Source of the DNA: a virus
Lineage: Duplodnaviria > Caudoviricetes
Strand: one strand, 5' to 3'
DNA: 64,000 bases
IMG/VR virus record: IMGVR_UViG_3300044723_005784
Coordinates: 28,488-92,487 of that record
Shown: piece after piece, positions 44,931-53,819 of the stretch
How the letters are laid out: every line of letters starts with the position of its first letter
Position numbering within the stretch: position 1 is the first letter of the stretch
Made by a program: the position numbers and the translations under genes
Notes under the pieces: generated by a model
Told to the model about the DNA's origin: nothing
Database searches by the model: none
What the model saw: only the letters and a program-made list of their open reading frames with translations

Positions 44931-46164
44931 TATCTTTTGCATGCAGATCACAGACGATCCTGTGGATTTGCCTGCTCACACACAATACACCAGATGGAAC
45001 GGTACTCACTTGGACACCATTCGCAGATGTGTGAATCGTGCTCAAACAGAGTATGTGTGGATAGTTGCAGACTGTTGCAATTATGCAACATTTGATTTTA
45101 CATGGCAACCAGTGCCCTGGGAAGCAGATCAGATACACTGTTGGGCAAGCGGTAACCAACAGTTTGGGGATACTTTCCTAGTGCCTGTGAGTGCTTTTAA
45201 GCGTCAACAAGAGGGCCTTAAGTTACTAGAGTGGTACGAGCATATTAACTGGCATACAGAGCCCTATATACCCCGCTATGAGTGGCCTACAGTTGATAGT
45301 TTGGATGAACAAACAAGCCTATATGCATGGCACAAGCAAACCTCCGCAGACATTGACTATGAACCAAGTTTATGGAAAAAACGTGATTTACACGCCTTTA
45401 CACAAAGTGGCAGCGTACTACTAGTGCCTAGGGACTGTAAACAGAATTTTAAGGACCAATTCTATGACTACCCATACATATTGCGTCATACGGACTATAA
45501 TATAGAAGAAAAGCCACTAGATGTTGTATATCTTAGTAATGGTGAAAAAAACGCCGATAAAAACTGGTTTCTACTCAAGTGTATCTGCCCTAGAGCAAAG
45601 CGTATAGACGGCGTAACAGGTAGAGCACAAGCATATAAAGCCTGTGCAGAAGTCAGTGAGACACCCTGGTTTTTTAATGTGTTTGCCAAGTGTCGTGTAG
45701 AACCAGACTTTGATTTTAACTGGCAACCAGATTGGCTACAAGGACCCAAGCACTGGATATTCCATAGTCGCAATCCTGTTAATGGATTAGAGTATGGACA
45801 CATGGGTATTATTGCGTACCACAAACAAATGGTTTTAGATGCTACAGAATGGGGATTGGACTTTACGCTAAGTGCTAGACATGGAGTTGTACCCGTATTA
45901 GGAAGCACTGCTGACTTTAACACCACGCCCTATGAAACTTGGCGTACAGCGTTCCGCGAATGTGTTAAACTTACTCAACAGTCGGACATTGAAAGTCGTT
46001 ATAGACTAGAGCAATGGAGCACAGTTGGTAATGGTGAGAATGGCAAGTGGAGTGTACGAGGGGCTGAAGATGCAGTCAAGTATGTTGAAGATGGAAATGA
46101 TCTACAGCAAACCTTCGAGTGGGCTTTCCTCAAAGAATTCTTTAATAGCAAGTATGACTTCTAA
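44923..46164 (+). CDS. Two-domain glycosyltransferase-like protein, paralogue of 33678
   Basis: AKRIDGVTG, RNPVNGLEYG, TWRTAFRECVKL. Confidence 0.6.
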   Translation: MFDIFCMQITDDPVDLPAHTQYTRWNGTHLDTIRRCVNRAQTEYVWIVADCCNYATFDFTWQPVPWEADQIHCWASGNQQFGDTFLVPVSAFKRQQEGLKLLEWYEHINWHTEPYIPRYEWPTVDSLDEQTSLYAWHKQTSADIDYEPSLWKKRDLHAFTQSGSVLLVPRDCKQNFKDQFYDYPYILRHTDYNIEEKPLDVVYLSNGEKNADKNWFLLKCICPRAKRIDGVTGRAQAYKACAEVSETPWFFNVFAKCRVEPDFDFNWQPDWLQGPKHWIFHSRNPVNGLEYGHMGIIAYHKQMVLDATEWGLDFTLSARHGVVPVLGSTADFNTTPYETWRTAFRECVKLTQQSDIESRYRLEQWSTVGNGENGKWSVRGAEDAVKYVEDGNDLQQTFEWAFLKEFFNSKYDF

Positions 46165-47100
46165 TACTTCTTCGTCAGTCATATATGGATCACATGGTAT
46201 TTGTAAGAAGTGATCACAATTGAGCACGGCTTGTTCAGTATCTGATATAGGATTTGCATAAGCACGTTTGGTCTCAATTTTACGATGATGTAAATGCTCA
46301 GCCAGTACCGCCCGCCATGGTGTGCTTATAACAAACTTACTAACCTGGCCCGAATGCTCAGTAATACAATCTACATACTCACCTAATTGACCGTGATAGT
46401 CTCTAGCAATCTCCTGTCTACGCTCCTGCCAAAAAGGAAAGTGATCCAACTTAACACACATTTCAGCGCACTCGCGTTCACTCATTATGCTGTTGCCACC
46501 CGTGTGTCCGTTTACAGTATGATGTCTACGTAATAGTTTTACGTCATCAATTACACGTTTGTCATTGCTTACAACTGCGCCGCCATTACCAAAGTTGGGT
46601 AGGCTTTTTGTAGGATCAAAACTATAAGCGGCAGTGTTTGCTTGTAAAGGTGCACCAAAGTGCTGAGCACCATCTTCTACTACAGCAATAGAGTCTGGTA
46701 TCTCATCATGGTTACCAAACAAGCCTACCCATACTGCACAATCTATACCTTGTGGTATAAGATCCCATCGCATAAGTCCTCGAGTGTTTACATCAATAGC
46801 TACCGGTGAACAACCTGCTCTTATTATACTGTTACTGGTTGCTATGTAAGTGTGTGCAGGCATTGCTACTAATCCTGTAACGTTCTCTGCTACTAGAGCA
46901 TACATTAATGCGTCACTACCGCTACCAACTACTGCTGCGTATTTGGATCCTGCTACTGTAGCAATTCGTTGTTCCAAATACTGCGTATAGTCTCCAAACA
47001 TATGTATGTTCGAGAGTAAGACACTTTCTTGTACTGCAACTAGTTGCTTACGTATTTCAGAATAGAGTCTATCAAGGTTGTGAAGGCGTATCATCTTCAT
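46102..47100 (-). CDS. DegT/DnrJ/EryC1/StrS PLP-dependent sugar aminotransferase
   Basis: GSGSDAL, EDGAQHFG, SFDPTKSL..GNGGAV. Confidence 0.9.
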   Translation of the reverse strand: MKMIRLHNLDRLYSEIRKQLVAVQESVLLSNIHMFGDYTQYLEQRIATVAGSKYAAVVGSGSDALMYALVAENVTGLVAMPAHTYIATSNSIIRAGCSPVAIDVNTRGLMRWDLIPQGIDCAVWVGLFGNHDEIPDSIAVVEDGAQHFGAPLQANTAAYSFDPTKSLPNFGNGGAVVSNDKRVIDDVKLLRRHHTVNGHTGGNSIMSERECAEMCVKLDHFPFWQERRQEIARDYHGQLGEYVDCITEHSGQVSKFVISTPWRAVLAEHLHHRKIETKRAYANPISDTEQAVLNCDHFLQIPCDPYMTDEEVLEVILAIKEFFEESPLEGLL

Positions 47101-47353
47101 CTAATTTAAGCACAGGTTCAGATTGTATTTGCTTTGTTTGAAGTGATTCAATCAACATTTCTCGAGCTTGCTCTCTGCTTACTTCGCCTGATTCTAGTAA
47201 TAATAATGCAGAACTTGCAGAAATTTTCCTACTACGTGCAATAGCGCCAGCTAATCCACAAAGCTCTAGTCTTCCTACATTTAATAATTGTGTTATACCT
47301 TCGATGTCGGGTATTGTTCTTATTTTTTTTGATTGTGCTTTAACATATGTCAT
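47072..47353 (-). CDS. Hypothetical protein
   Basis: Tiles the minus-strand operon. Confidence 0.5.
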   Translation of the reverse strand: MTYVKAQSKKIRTIPDIEGITQLLNVGRLELCGLAGAIARSRKISASSALLLLESGEVSREQAREMLIESLQTKQIQSEPVLKLDEDDTPSQP

Positions 47354-47354
47354 T

Positions 47355-47609
47355 CTACTTGCTCCTATGTTCTGCTAACCACCTAATAGTCCAGTGTAGC
47401 ATCTCGTTACGATCTTCGAAGCTTATTCGAGCTTCTTTTGTATTAGGATCAAACCACCAACCCCATCGATGTTTACAAGTATTGCTGGCCCACGCTATAC
47501 TGATACCTATTACTCCTTCGGTTTCTAAAGGAACATCATATTTAAAATGTTTGTTATATCCGCAGTCTAAGCGCGGCATGTGTGTTAATTTGGGATTATC
47601 TATTTCCAC
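47355..47609 (-). CDS. Hypothetical protein
   Basis: Tiles the operon. Confidence 0.6.
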   Translation of the reverse strand: MEIDNPKLTHMPRLDCGYNKHFKYDVPLETEGVIGISIAWASNTCKHRWGWWFDPNTKEARISFEDRNEMLHWTIRWLAEHRSK

Positions 47610-48274
47610 TCAAATATTTCGTTAGCAAGCGGAAATACGTCAGCAATAACTTTTGCACAAGCGTGAGCAATTTCCATATGTTCTTTCTGTGTACCATTCG
47701 CACCACGTAACTGAATATAATGCACCCAACTACGAATCGTGCCATTCATATACAAGCGTGTTTTTGTAAGACCTTCAGGCAATACTTTACGTGCTTGTTC
47801 TTTAGCAATACCTTGCTTAATAGCCCAATCATATTCTTTTTTGGCTAGTACTGCTATACGTCTTTGTGCATGTTCCCAATCAAGTTGTAATTTTGCATCG
47901 TCAACATCAATACTGTTTTGTCTGTTCTTTGGATCCTGTAAACGTGCTTCAGAGTATTCAAACATCTCACCCTGTTCTTTAGGATCAGCATACCGTTGAC
48001 TAAACTCTTGAAAAGCAAAACTACGATGACGCACAATTTGATGTGCAATATCTCTTGTAGTTTCAATTTCTAATACAGCATTAACCATTTCTAAAGGTGA
48101 CCAATGTTGGTGTTTAATCAAATACTTAATTAAACGTTCACTTGTTTCTGTATTAATTTGTGCGGCAGGGTTTGATACCTTTGCACAAAACGCAATTAGT
48201 TCTTGAAGGTCTGTTAACCCTTCTGTTTGAAATTCGTCTGTTGCTTTGCTATAACTTAGTAGCTTAACGTTCAT
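47600..48274 (-). CDS. thyX: Flavin-dependent thymidylate synthase
   Basis: HWSPLE, RHRSFAFQEFSQRY, EQARKVLP motifs. Confidence 0.95.
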   Translation of the reverse strand: MNVKLLSYSKATDEFQTEGLTDLQELIAFCAKVSNPAAQINTETSERLIKYLIKHQHWSPLEMVNAVLEIETTRDIAHQIVRHRSFAFQEFSQRYADPKEQGEMFEYSEARLQDPKNRQNSIDVDDAKLQLDWEHAQRRIAVLAKKEYDWAIKQGIAKEQARKVLPEGLTKTRLYMNGTIRSWVHYIQLRGANGTQKEHMEIAHACAKVIADVFPLANEIFEWK

Positions 48275-48931
48275 TTATGCTGATGCCTTTGCTGGACGAC
48301 CACGCTTCTTTTTAGGAGCGAGACTTGGATCCATTGAGATTGCTTGTTCTGTTAGGCGTAAAACTTCCTTTTGGATACCTTCCATCTGAAGTTTAAACCC
48401 GTCTGCCTGCTTTAGTAGATCCTTTGCAATATCTGCATCACTAAGTACACCCGGGGTAGTAGTTGATGCTGCCGCATTTGTGCTCGCTGCATATGCAGTG
48501 TCACTGAGTGACTTGGCAGGATCTGCAATGCCGGATTGTGCATCTAGTTGCGCCAGACGCATTGCTGCATCAGCACCTGATTCCATCTCTTTAATGATCT
48601 TGTTAATCTCATCAAGACGTGCACCTTGTTTGTTGGGCACTGGTGTCATAATTACATCCTGGCAGCGTACCTTTTTCATCCAGCGTTGTGTGTGAGCCGC
48701 GGCAAGTAGATTACGCCCATCAGTTCCCACTACTCTTTGCATAGCTTCACCTAGGTGACTTGATGCTTGTCCTGCATCGCTTTCAATGCATTTCATTAGA
48801 TCATCATGGTATGTTGTGGGTAATTGGTCTGGATATATAACGAGACACATATGATCTTCGTTGGGGACTTCGCGAAACACCGTAACAACTTTTTGCTCTG
48901 AGTGTTTACCTACGTGTTTAATCATTTTCAT
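48275..48931 (-). CDS. Hypothetical phage protein with C-terminal KKRGRP (AT-hook-like) motif
   Basis: Start moved to ATG 48931 with a GGAG SD. Confidence 0.7.
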   Translation of the reverse strand: MKMIKHVGKHSEQKVVTVFREVPNEDHMCLVIYPDQLPTTYHDDLMKCIESDAGQASSHLGEAMQRVVGTDGRNLLAAAHTQRWMKKVRCQDVIMTPVPNKQGARLDEINKIIKEMESGADAAMRLAQLDAQSGIADPAKSLSDTAYAASTNAAASTTTPGVLSDADIAKDLLKQADGFKLQMEGIQKEVLRLTEQAISMDPSLAPKKKRGRPAKASA

Positions 48932-49247
48932 TTTCTCCTGTAATTTTGTTTTCTGCGGTTGCTTCTTCTGCGGGTGCAGTTTCTTCACTACCTGGCGCTT
49001 GCCGGATGCCATTTAAAATAAGGAAGTGATTGAGTTTAGTGTACAGTTGACCAACAATTTGCATTTCATTTGCTTGAATTGCACCGCGTTGAGCAGTCGC
49101 TTCAATAACAGTAGCCATTGTGTTAAGGTCACTAGCCTGTAGGGAATTTGGATCTTGTACCGCTTCTTCAGAAGCAGCTTCTTCCACTACTTCAACGGCA
49201 TCCATCTCTTCTGCTTCCATAGTTTCTTGTTTAGTATTCTTAGCCAT
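48918..49247 (-). CDS. Acidic hypothetical protein
   Basis: ORF with GGAG upstream; QRGAI..E motif. Confidence 0.65.
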   Translation of the reverse strand: MAKNTKQETMEAEEMDAVEVVEEAASEEAVQDPNSLQASDLNTMATVIEATAQRGAIQANEMQIVGQLYTKLNHFLILNGIRQAPGSEETAPAEEATAENKITGENEND

Positions 49248-49306
49248 TTTATTTCTTTTCTCCAATTAAGTTATTACAATAAGTACTATTATAGGGTATT
49301 TTTATC

Positions 49307-49777
49307 ATGAAATCAATATATATTTTACTAGTTTCATTTTTTATTTCAATATCTCCAGCAAAGTCTGATATTGCTCCGATAGCTGATGAGTTGTTAACTG
49401 CCTACAAACAGGCAGTTTCTTGTCAAGCGGGGTTTAAAATAGTAGCATATTATACTGGTATTTATAATTCGTTGTCTTTGCTTCTGGATAAAAATGAGTC
49501 GAGTGCTAATGCTAACTCGCTGGATACTAAACTAAGAGCTGATTTTACTAAGTTTGAGTACATGTTAGAGGCCTTAAAAAAACGTCTGGCTGAGTTAAAT
49601 GTAGATGTGCAATTTGAAGAAAATTTCTATAAACAGTCCCAAATAGGTATTGTTATCGACGGACTATCAAACCCAAGCACACCTAAGCATGTAGTAACTC
49701 TAATGACGTTTGTTAACGCCTGTAATGATATTAAAGTTAAAGTTGAAGAGTATATGAAAGAGAATCAAAATCCTTAA
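49307..49777 (+). CDS. Putative secreted protein (lone plus-strand gene)
   Basis: N-terminal signal-peptide-like MKSIYILLVSFFISISPAKS. Confidence 0.6.
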   Translation: MKSIYILLVSFFISISPAKSDIAPIADELLTAYKQAVSCQAGFKIVAYYTGIYNSLSLLLDKNESSANANSLDTKLRADFTKFEYMLEALKKRLAELNVDVQFEENFYKQSQIGIVIDGLSNPSTPKHVVTLMTFVNACNDIKVKVEEYMKENQNP

Positions 49778-49779
49778 TA

Positions 49780-51081
49780 TTAATTAGCCTTCTTCTCGTC
49801 GTAGTACGCATAATTACCAAACGGAGGCTTAATTGAATCTGGGCCGTGAATCACAAACACTGTATCGCAATAGAAATCATCACCCCATGACCCACAAGGG
49901 TAGCCATCAGTAAACATAATAAACCGGTTGGGCTGAATTTCTTCCTGCTTCATGTAGGCCCAGTTACACATAAAGTCTGTTCCACCACCGCCCATTGGCT
50001 GGTAGTCTAGGATCTCGTCGATATTAGTAGCATTAAATTCAGCGTAGTTATAGACACTGGTGTCAAAGCACCAGAGCTTGATAGTAAAGTCTGTGTACAT
50101 ATCCATGATAGCTTTAATTTCGCTAAAGAAATCCTTGGCCTGCTGGTCACTAATTGATCCACTCATATCAACTGCAATAGCAACGTCAATGGTCTGTTCA
50201 GCAATCAGTCCGGGAAGCAGTACACCACTGTCCCAGCCCTTGCGTGAGGGACGCTGAAAACTATAATCACTCTTAATAGAACTTTCAATGCTCATAGCAA
50301 GCAGAGCACGCCAGTCCATCTTGGGTTCTGTGAGGTCTTTGATAATACGTGCAACACCGCCTGGGATATCACCAGCACCGCTTGCCTGTTTGGCACTGTT
50401 AATTAGTGACTCCTTGATCTCATCACGGATTTGCTTCTTTTCTTCGTCGGTGTACTTGGGCTTGCTCTTACTTACAAGGTTGCCGTTCTCATCTTCTTCA
50501 GGCTTGCCACTGCCTTGGTCGCCCCCATCATTGCCTTCCAGATGCTCGTCCAGCAACTGGTCAATCAGTGAGTCCATATCAATAGTTTCAGCATTGGCCA
50601 TTAGATCATCGTAAATCTCTTCCATGCTCATGTCATAATATTTGGTGTCATGGAGTGCTGGGACAGTGGTAATCAGCTGGCCAATACGGCTTTTAACAAG
50701 ATCACCATTCACAGCATAGTCAGCCGCAATATTAGCAACCTGTGCGTTATGTTTGTTCATCTTACTACGACCCAGATGCTCGTATACATTGTGTAGCACT
50801 TCGTGTCCGAAGAGGAATTGTACTTCTTTCTTCTTGAGCATGTTGATAAACTTGCTATTGTAGTAGAAGTACCTGCCGTCTGTAGCCGCTGTGGGCAACC
50901 ACTCATCAGCATTTACCAGGGGCAAACGAGTAGACATATTGCCAAACCAGGGTGCTTTCATAAGCAGAGCAACACGAGCAGTTGTTAACTTTTCGCGAGC
51001 TTCATGATCTTCAGCAGGAACAGTCTCAAATCCTACTGGCAGTTGAGGCATGTCTTTCTTATTCGCAGTCGTAGTCGTCAT
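49780..51081 (-). CDS. HExxH metallopeptidase-like + VWA domain protein (DUF2201-like)
   Basis: TAATDG, HEVLH, MIDAS DMSGS, GGGTDF, FTDGY. Confidence 0.85.
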   Translation of the reverse strand: MTTTTANKKDMPQLPVGFETVPAEDHEAREKLTTARVALLMKAPWFGNMSTRLPLVNADEWLPTAATDGRYFYYNSKFINMLKKKEVQFLFGHEVLHNVYEHLGRSKMNKHNAQVANIAADYAVNGDLVKSRIGQLITTVPALHDTKYYDMSMEEIYDDLMANAETIDMDSLIDQLLDEHLEGNDGGDQGSGKPEEDENGNLVSKSKPKYTDEEKKQIRDEIKESLINSAKQASGAGDIPGGVARIIKDLTEPKMDWRALLAMSIESSIKSDYSFQRPSRKGWDSGVLLPGLIAEQTIDVAIAVDMSGSISDQQAKDFFSEIKAIMDMYTDFTIKLWCFDTSVYNYAEFNATNIDEILDYQPMGGGGTDFMCNWAYMKQEEIQPNRFIMFTDGYPCGSWGDDFYCDTVFVIHGPDSIKPPFGNYAYYDEKKAN

Positions 51082-51104
51082 ATGTTCACTCCTTAACTAT
51101 ATGT

Positions 51105-51132
51105 ATAGTAGCACATATAGCGAGATTGTCTA
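51105..51132 (-). promoter_or_regulatory. Sigma70-like promoter TAGACA-16-TACTAT
   Basis: Upstream of the VWA gene, followed by an AAGGAG SD. Confidence 0.5.
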
Positions 51133-51148
51133 CCAAAAGACATAAAAT

Positions 51149-51592
51149 TTATACGTTTTGATTGCTGGGAGTCATTGTATCTCCATGAATTACTGTCTTT
51201 ATAGCATGACAATCTAAGCACAGGGTTTGAAGATTTTCATCATTATTATTCTCATGATTACCATCAATATGATCCACTGTTAGTAAAGTACGAATTAAAC
51301 GGTTTCTTATTTTAGGATCTTCAACTGACTGTACACGATCATCAGTAAGAGGAGTGTAACCGCAATGCTCACAATGAGTTTTACGTTGGTGACTATATAC
51401 TTTTTTAGTAGTAGCTAGTCCTCCATACTCTGCTAGATTTTTTTGATGATCTCTGCAAAGATGTTCACTTCCTGGTCCTTGATAGGCTGTGAGAAAATTC
51501 TCACAGCCCCCAGCACTACAGCGTGTTTTTCTAGCATTTCTTAGTGCTACCCCTTCTTTAAGAAGGTCCATGTTAGGATCACGTAATGCCAT
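51149..51592 (-). CDS. Zn-binding HNH endonuclease
   Basis: CEHCG...VDHIDGNHENNNDENLQTLCLDCH. Confidence 0.85.
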   Translation of the reverse strand: MALRDPNMDLLKEGVALRNARKTRCSAGGCENFLTAYQGPGSEHLCRDHQKNLAEYGGLATTKKVYSHQRKTHCEHCGYTPLTDDRVQSVEDPKIRNRLIRTLLTVDHIDGNHENNNDENLQTLCLDCHAIKTVIHGDTMTPSNQNV

Positions 51593-52860
51593 TATCCTAA
51601 CTCCCTATCATCGAAATCGTATGCAAACCTACCAGTAAAAATTGGCAAGTCTTTGGAAAATCCTGCTTTGGCAATCGCCTGACAAATCCAAGTAGGAGCA
51701 ACTTCTGTCTGATTACAGCGGCTATTTAATGTAATACGGACTTGTGAGTCCTGTCTATTAAACCAACTCTTGTAGGCACTAGAAACTAACTTGTGTTTTA
51801 GTTGCGAATTCGTATATCCCTTTGCCCAAGTATTCTGTGTAACAGCAGCAAGATACTTGCCAAACTCACGCACATAATCATCGTCTACAACAATGCCCTG
51901 CTGATCGCAAGCACGGAAAATGTGTGCCATGTTGTCGATTTCCAGAGGCTCAATGGGCTGATCTGCAAGGTACATGTTGTGATACTGGAAAACTCGCCGT
52001 AACACACTACTCTTCCATTTATTAACATCTCGTCCTGTGGGGAAAATTTCTGTAGGACGGGATACGGCACCTGGCTTGTCTGTGTCTCCAAACTTGTCAT
52101 GCGTAAAGAAGCAATTGAATTCTTCTAGAGCGCACTGGATTTCTTCAAAACGCATGCTCCAAGGATCAGCATCTCCATTGTTTCGTACTGCCCATACATA
52201 CTGCATGTACAGATCAATCTTATCTAAAGGTTTGGTCATAGTGTCATCATGCACACCTATAAACCTTTTGCGTAACTTTGCAACATCTCTGCCAGGATAT
52301 ATTGCTGTTGGTATCTCCAGTTCCATAGCATCTTCAAAGCTCATATCGAATGCGTACATAGCAATGCAGAGCAGACTGAATGTTGTGTGCTGACCGTCCC
52401 AGATAGCAAACAATTTACGCTCATCTTCTGTGTTTATTAAGGGATACAATCGGACAATGTTTACAAAGAAAGGATCAAACTTTCCAACAATAGTTAGCAC
52501 CCATTCAGGATCCACTTCACGCTGGATTGTTGCATTAATAAGCATCTGCTTGAGCTTAACTCGTTCTGTTTTATCAGCAGACATTTGTACCATATCTGCA
52601 TACATGTCAGCAAACTCTTTGTATTGGGGATTGCGATCACGGAACTCCTTGCCTAGTGCACTAAGAAAGTCTGGTAGGGAAGGATCTTTTTCTACAATAG
52701 CCTGAACAAACCGTTCAGCCAGTTCTACAATTGTATCTTCTTTTGTGTTGAATTTCTCGTTAACCTGCTGAGCATAGCTCAAAACAGAATAAGAAGTGTC
52801 TGTTAACTCTGCTTTTGGTCGCGATGTATCTAGAAACAGACCAATAGTGTCTTTTTTCAT
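51592..52860 (-). CDS. ParB/Srx-fold (DGQH-motif) protein
   Basis: IQR...WDGQHT motifs; TAATG-coupled to the HNH gene. Confidence 0.55.
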   Translation of the reverse strand: MKKDTIGLFLDTSRPKAELTDTSYSVLSYAQQVNEKFNTKEDTIVELAERFVQAIVEKDPSLPDFLSALGKEFRDRNPQYKEFADMYADMVQMSADKTERVKLKQMLINATIQREVDPEWVLTIVGKFDPFFVNIVRLYPLINTEDERKLFAIWDGQHTTFSLLCIAMYAFDMSFEDAMELEIPTAIYPGRDVAKLRKRFIGVHDDTMTKPLDKIDLYMQYVWAVRNNGDADPWSMRFEEIQCALEEFNCFFTHDKFGDTDKPGAVSRPTEIFPTGRDVNKWKSSVLRRVFQYHNMYLADQPIEPLEIDNMAHIFRACDQQGIVVDDDYVREFGKYLAAVTQNTWAKGYTNSQLKHKLVSSAYKSWFNRQDSQVRITLNSRCNQTEVAPTWICQAIAKAGFSKDLPIFTGRFAYDFDDRELG

Positions 52861-52949
52861 TTTTTTTCTCCAATAAGTCCTAAAACGGACGGGTAAAGTA
52901 TGCCCTAGTACGGGCTAATTTTGTAAGACACACTGCCTTACTATCAATA

Positions 52950-52978
52950 ATGATACTACATGTATCGTAATTTGTCAA
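52950..52978 (-). promoter_or_regulatory. Sigma70 promoter TTGACA-17-TATCAT
   Basis: Read on the reverse strand; followed by a ~85-nt structured leader. Confidence 0.65.
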
Positions 52979-53249
52979 CACTTTCTGGCATTTTAACTAC
53001 AGGAAACTCAGCATACTTGGCTCGGCGCATACCACTCTCACTGCGACCATGTCTGAAGCCTACTGCAAAACCGTTCTCAAGTTCTACCCAGTAGTCTACG
53101 TCACGATCTTCTCCAGGCCAGCCACGGTTGCTGGCATTTTTATAAACGATTTTTTGATTACCAAACTCCTTGGCAGGAATATCATGTTTGCGATACTTGG
53201 GCATATCCCACCATATTTCAAAGTCTTCAGCGAGTGTTAGTTTGTTCAT
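52956..53249 (-). CDS. Hypothetical protein
   Basis: ORF with an AGGAG SD. Confidence 0.65.
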   Translation of the reverse strand: MNKLTLAEDFEIWWDMPKYRKHDIPAKEFGNQKIVYKNASNRGWPGEDRDVDYWVELENGFAVGFRHGRSESGMRRAKYAEFPVVKMPESVDKLRYM

Positions 53250-53265
53250 ATTTTGTCTCCTATTG

Positions 53266-53691
53266 TTATTTGGTTATTTCTTCTATATCTCTTACCATTT
53301 CACCATCACGAACAACATGCATATGAATCGGACACATGCTTGACTTAATATATGCTCTACCACCATCAATCATGTTACCATTCTCAAACAGTTTGTAATC
53401 ATGACGATGGGCACTATACTGTAGATCACCAGCATCATCTTCTACAAGCCCAAACTCTGCTTGTTCAATCCTATCAGCATTGGTAATCATTAGATTGCCT
53501 CTCAGATAATGATAAATGCCAAAATACTTGTTACCAAACTCAGGATGTGGCGTATCACGATAGAAGATATCCATCGCTTGTGCTTCGTCTCCTAGTGCAG
53601 ATGTACACACATACTTAATTGGAACTCCATCTTTCTCTGAATAGATTTTACAAATCTTATCAGTATCAAATTGTGGTTCGTGCTTGATCAT
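53266..53691 (-). CDS. Hypothetical phage protein
   Basis: HRHDY...IDGGRAY motif. Confidence 0.65.
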   Translation of the reverse strand: MIKHEPQFDTDKICKIYSEKDGVPIKYVCTSALGDEAQAMDIFYRDTPHPEFGNKYFGIYHYLRGNLMITNADRIEQAEFGLVEDDAGDLQYSAHRHDYKLFENGNMIDGGRAYIKSSMCPIHMHVVRDGEMVRDIEEITK

Positions 53692-53819
53692 TTTCTCTCG
53701 TCCTTTGAAACAATATTATTCCACAGTTCAAGACTTGAACTGCTCTTAATTCTTGGACTACGGTCGCACCCTGATAGCCAAATTGCTACCAAGGCACTTA
53801 GGATGAGTTCAATCTTCAT
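53688..53819 (-). CDS. Small lipoprotein (43 aa) MKIELILSALVAIWLSGC...
   Basis: Translated by hand; basic N-terminus, hydrophobic core, LSGC lipobox; overlaps both neighbours. Confidence 0.6.
   Translation of the reverse strand: MKIELILSALVAIWLSGCDRSPRIKSSSSLELWNNIVSKDERK

Noticed and set aside
48932-49012. Extended N-terminus of the 48275 ORF
   Set aside because: It overlaps the upstream gene; the SD supports ATG 48931.
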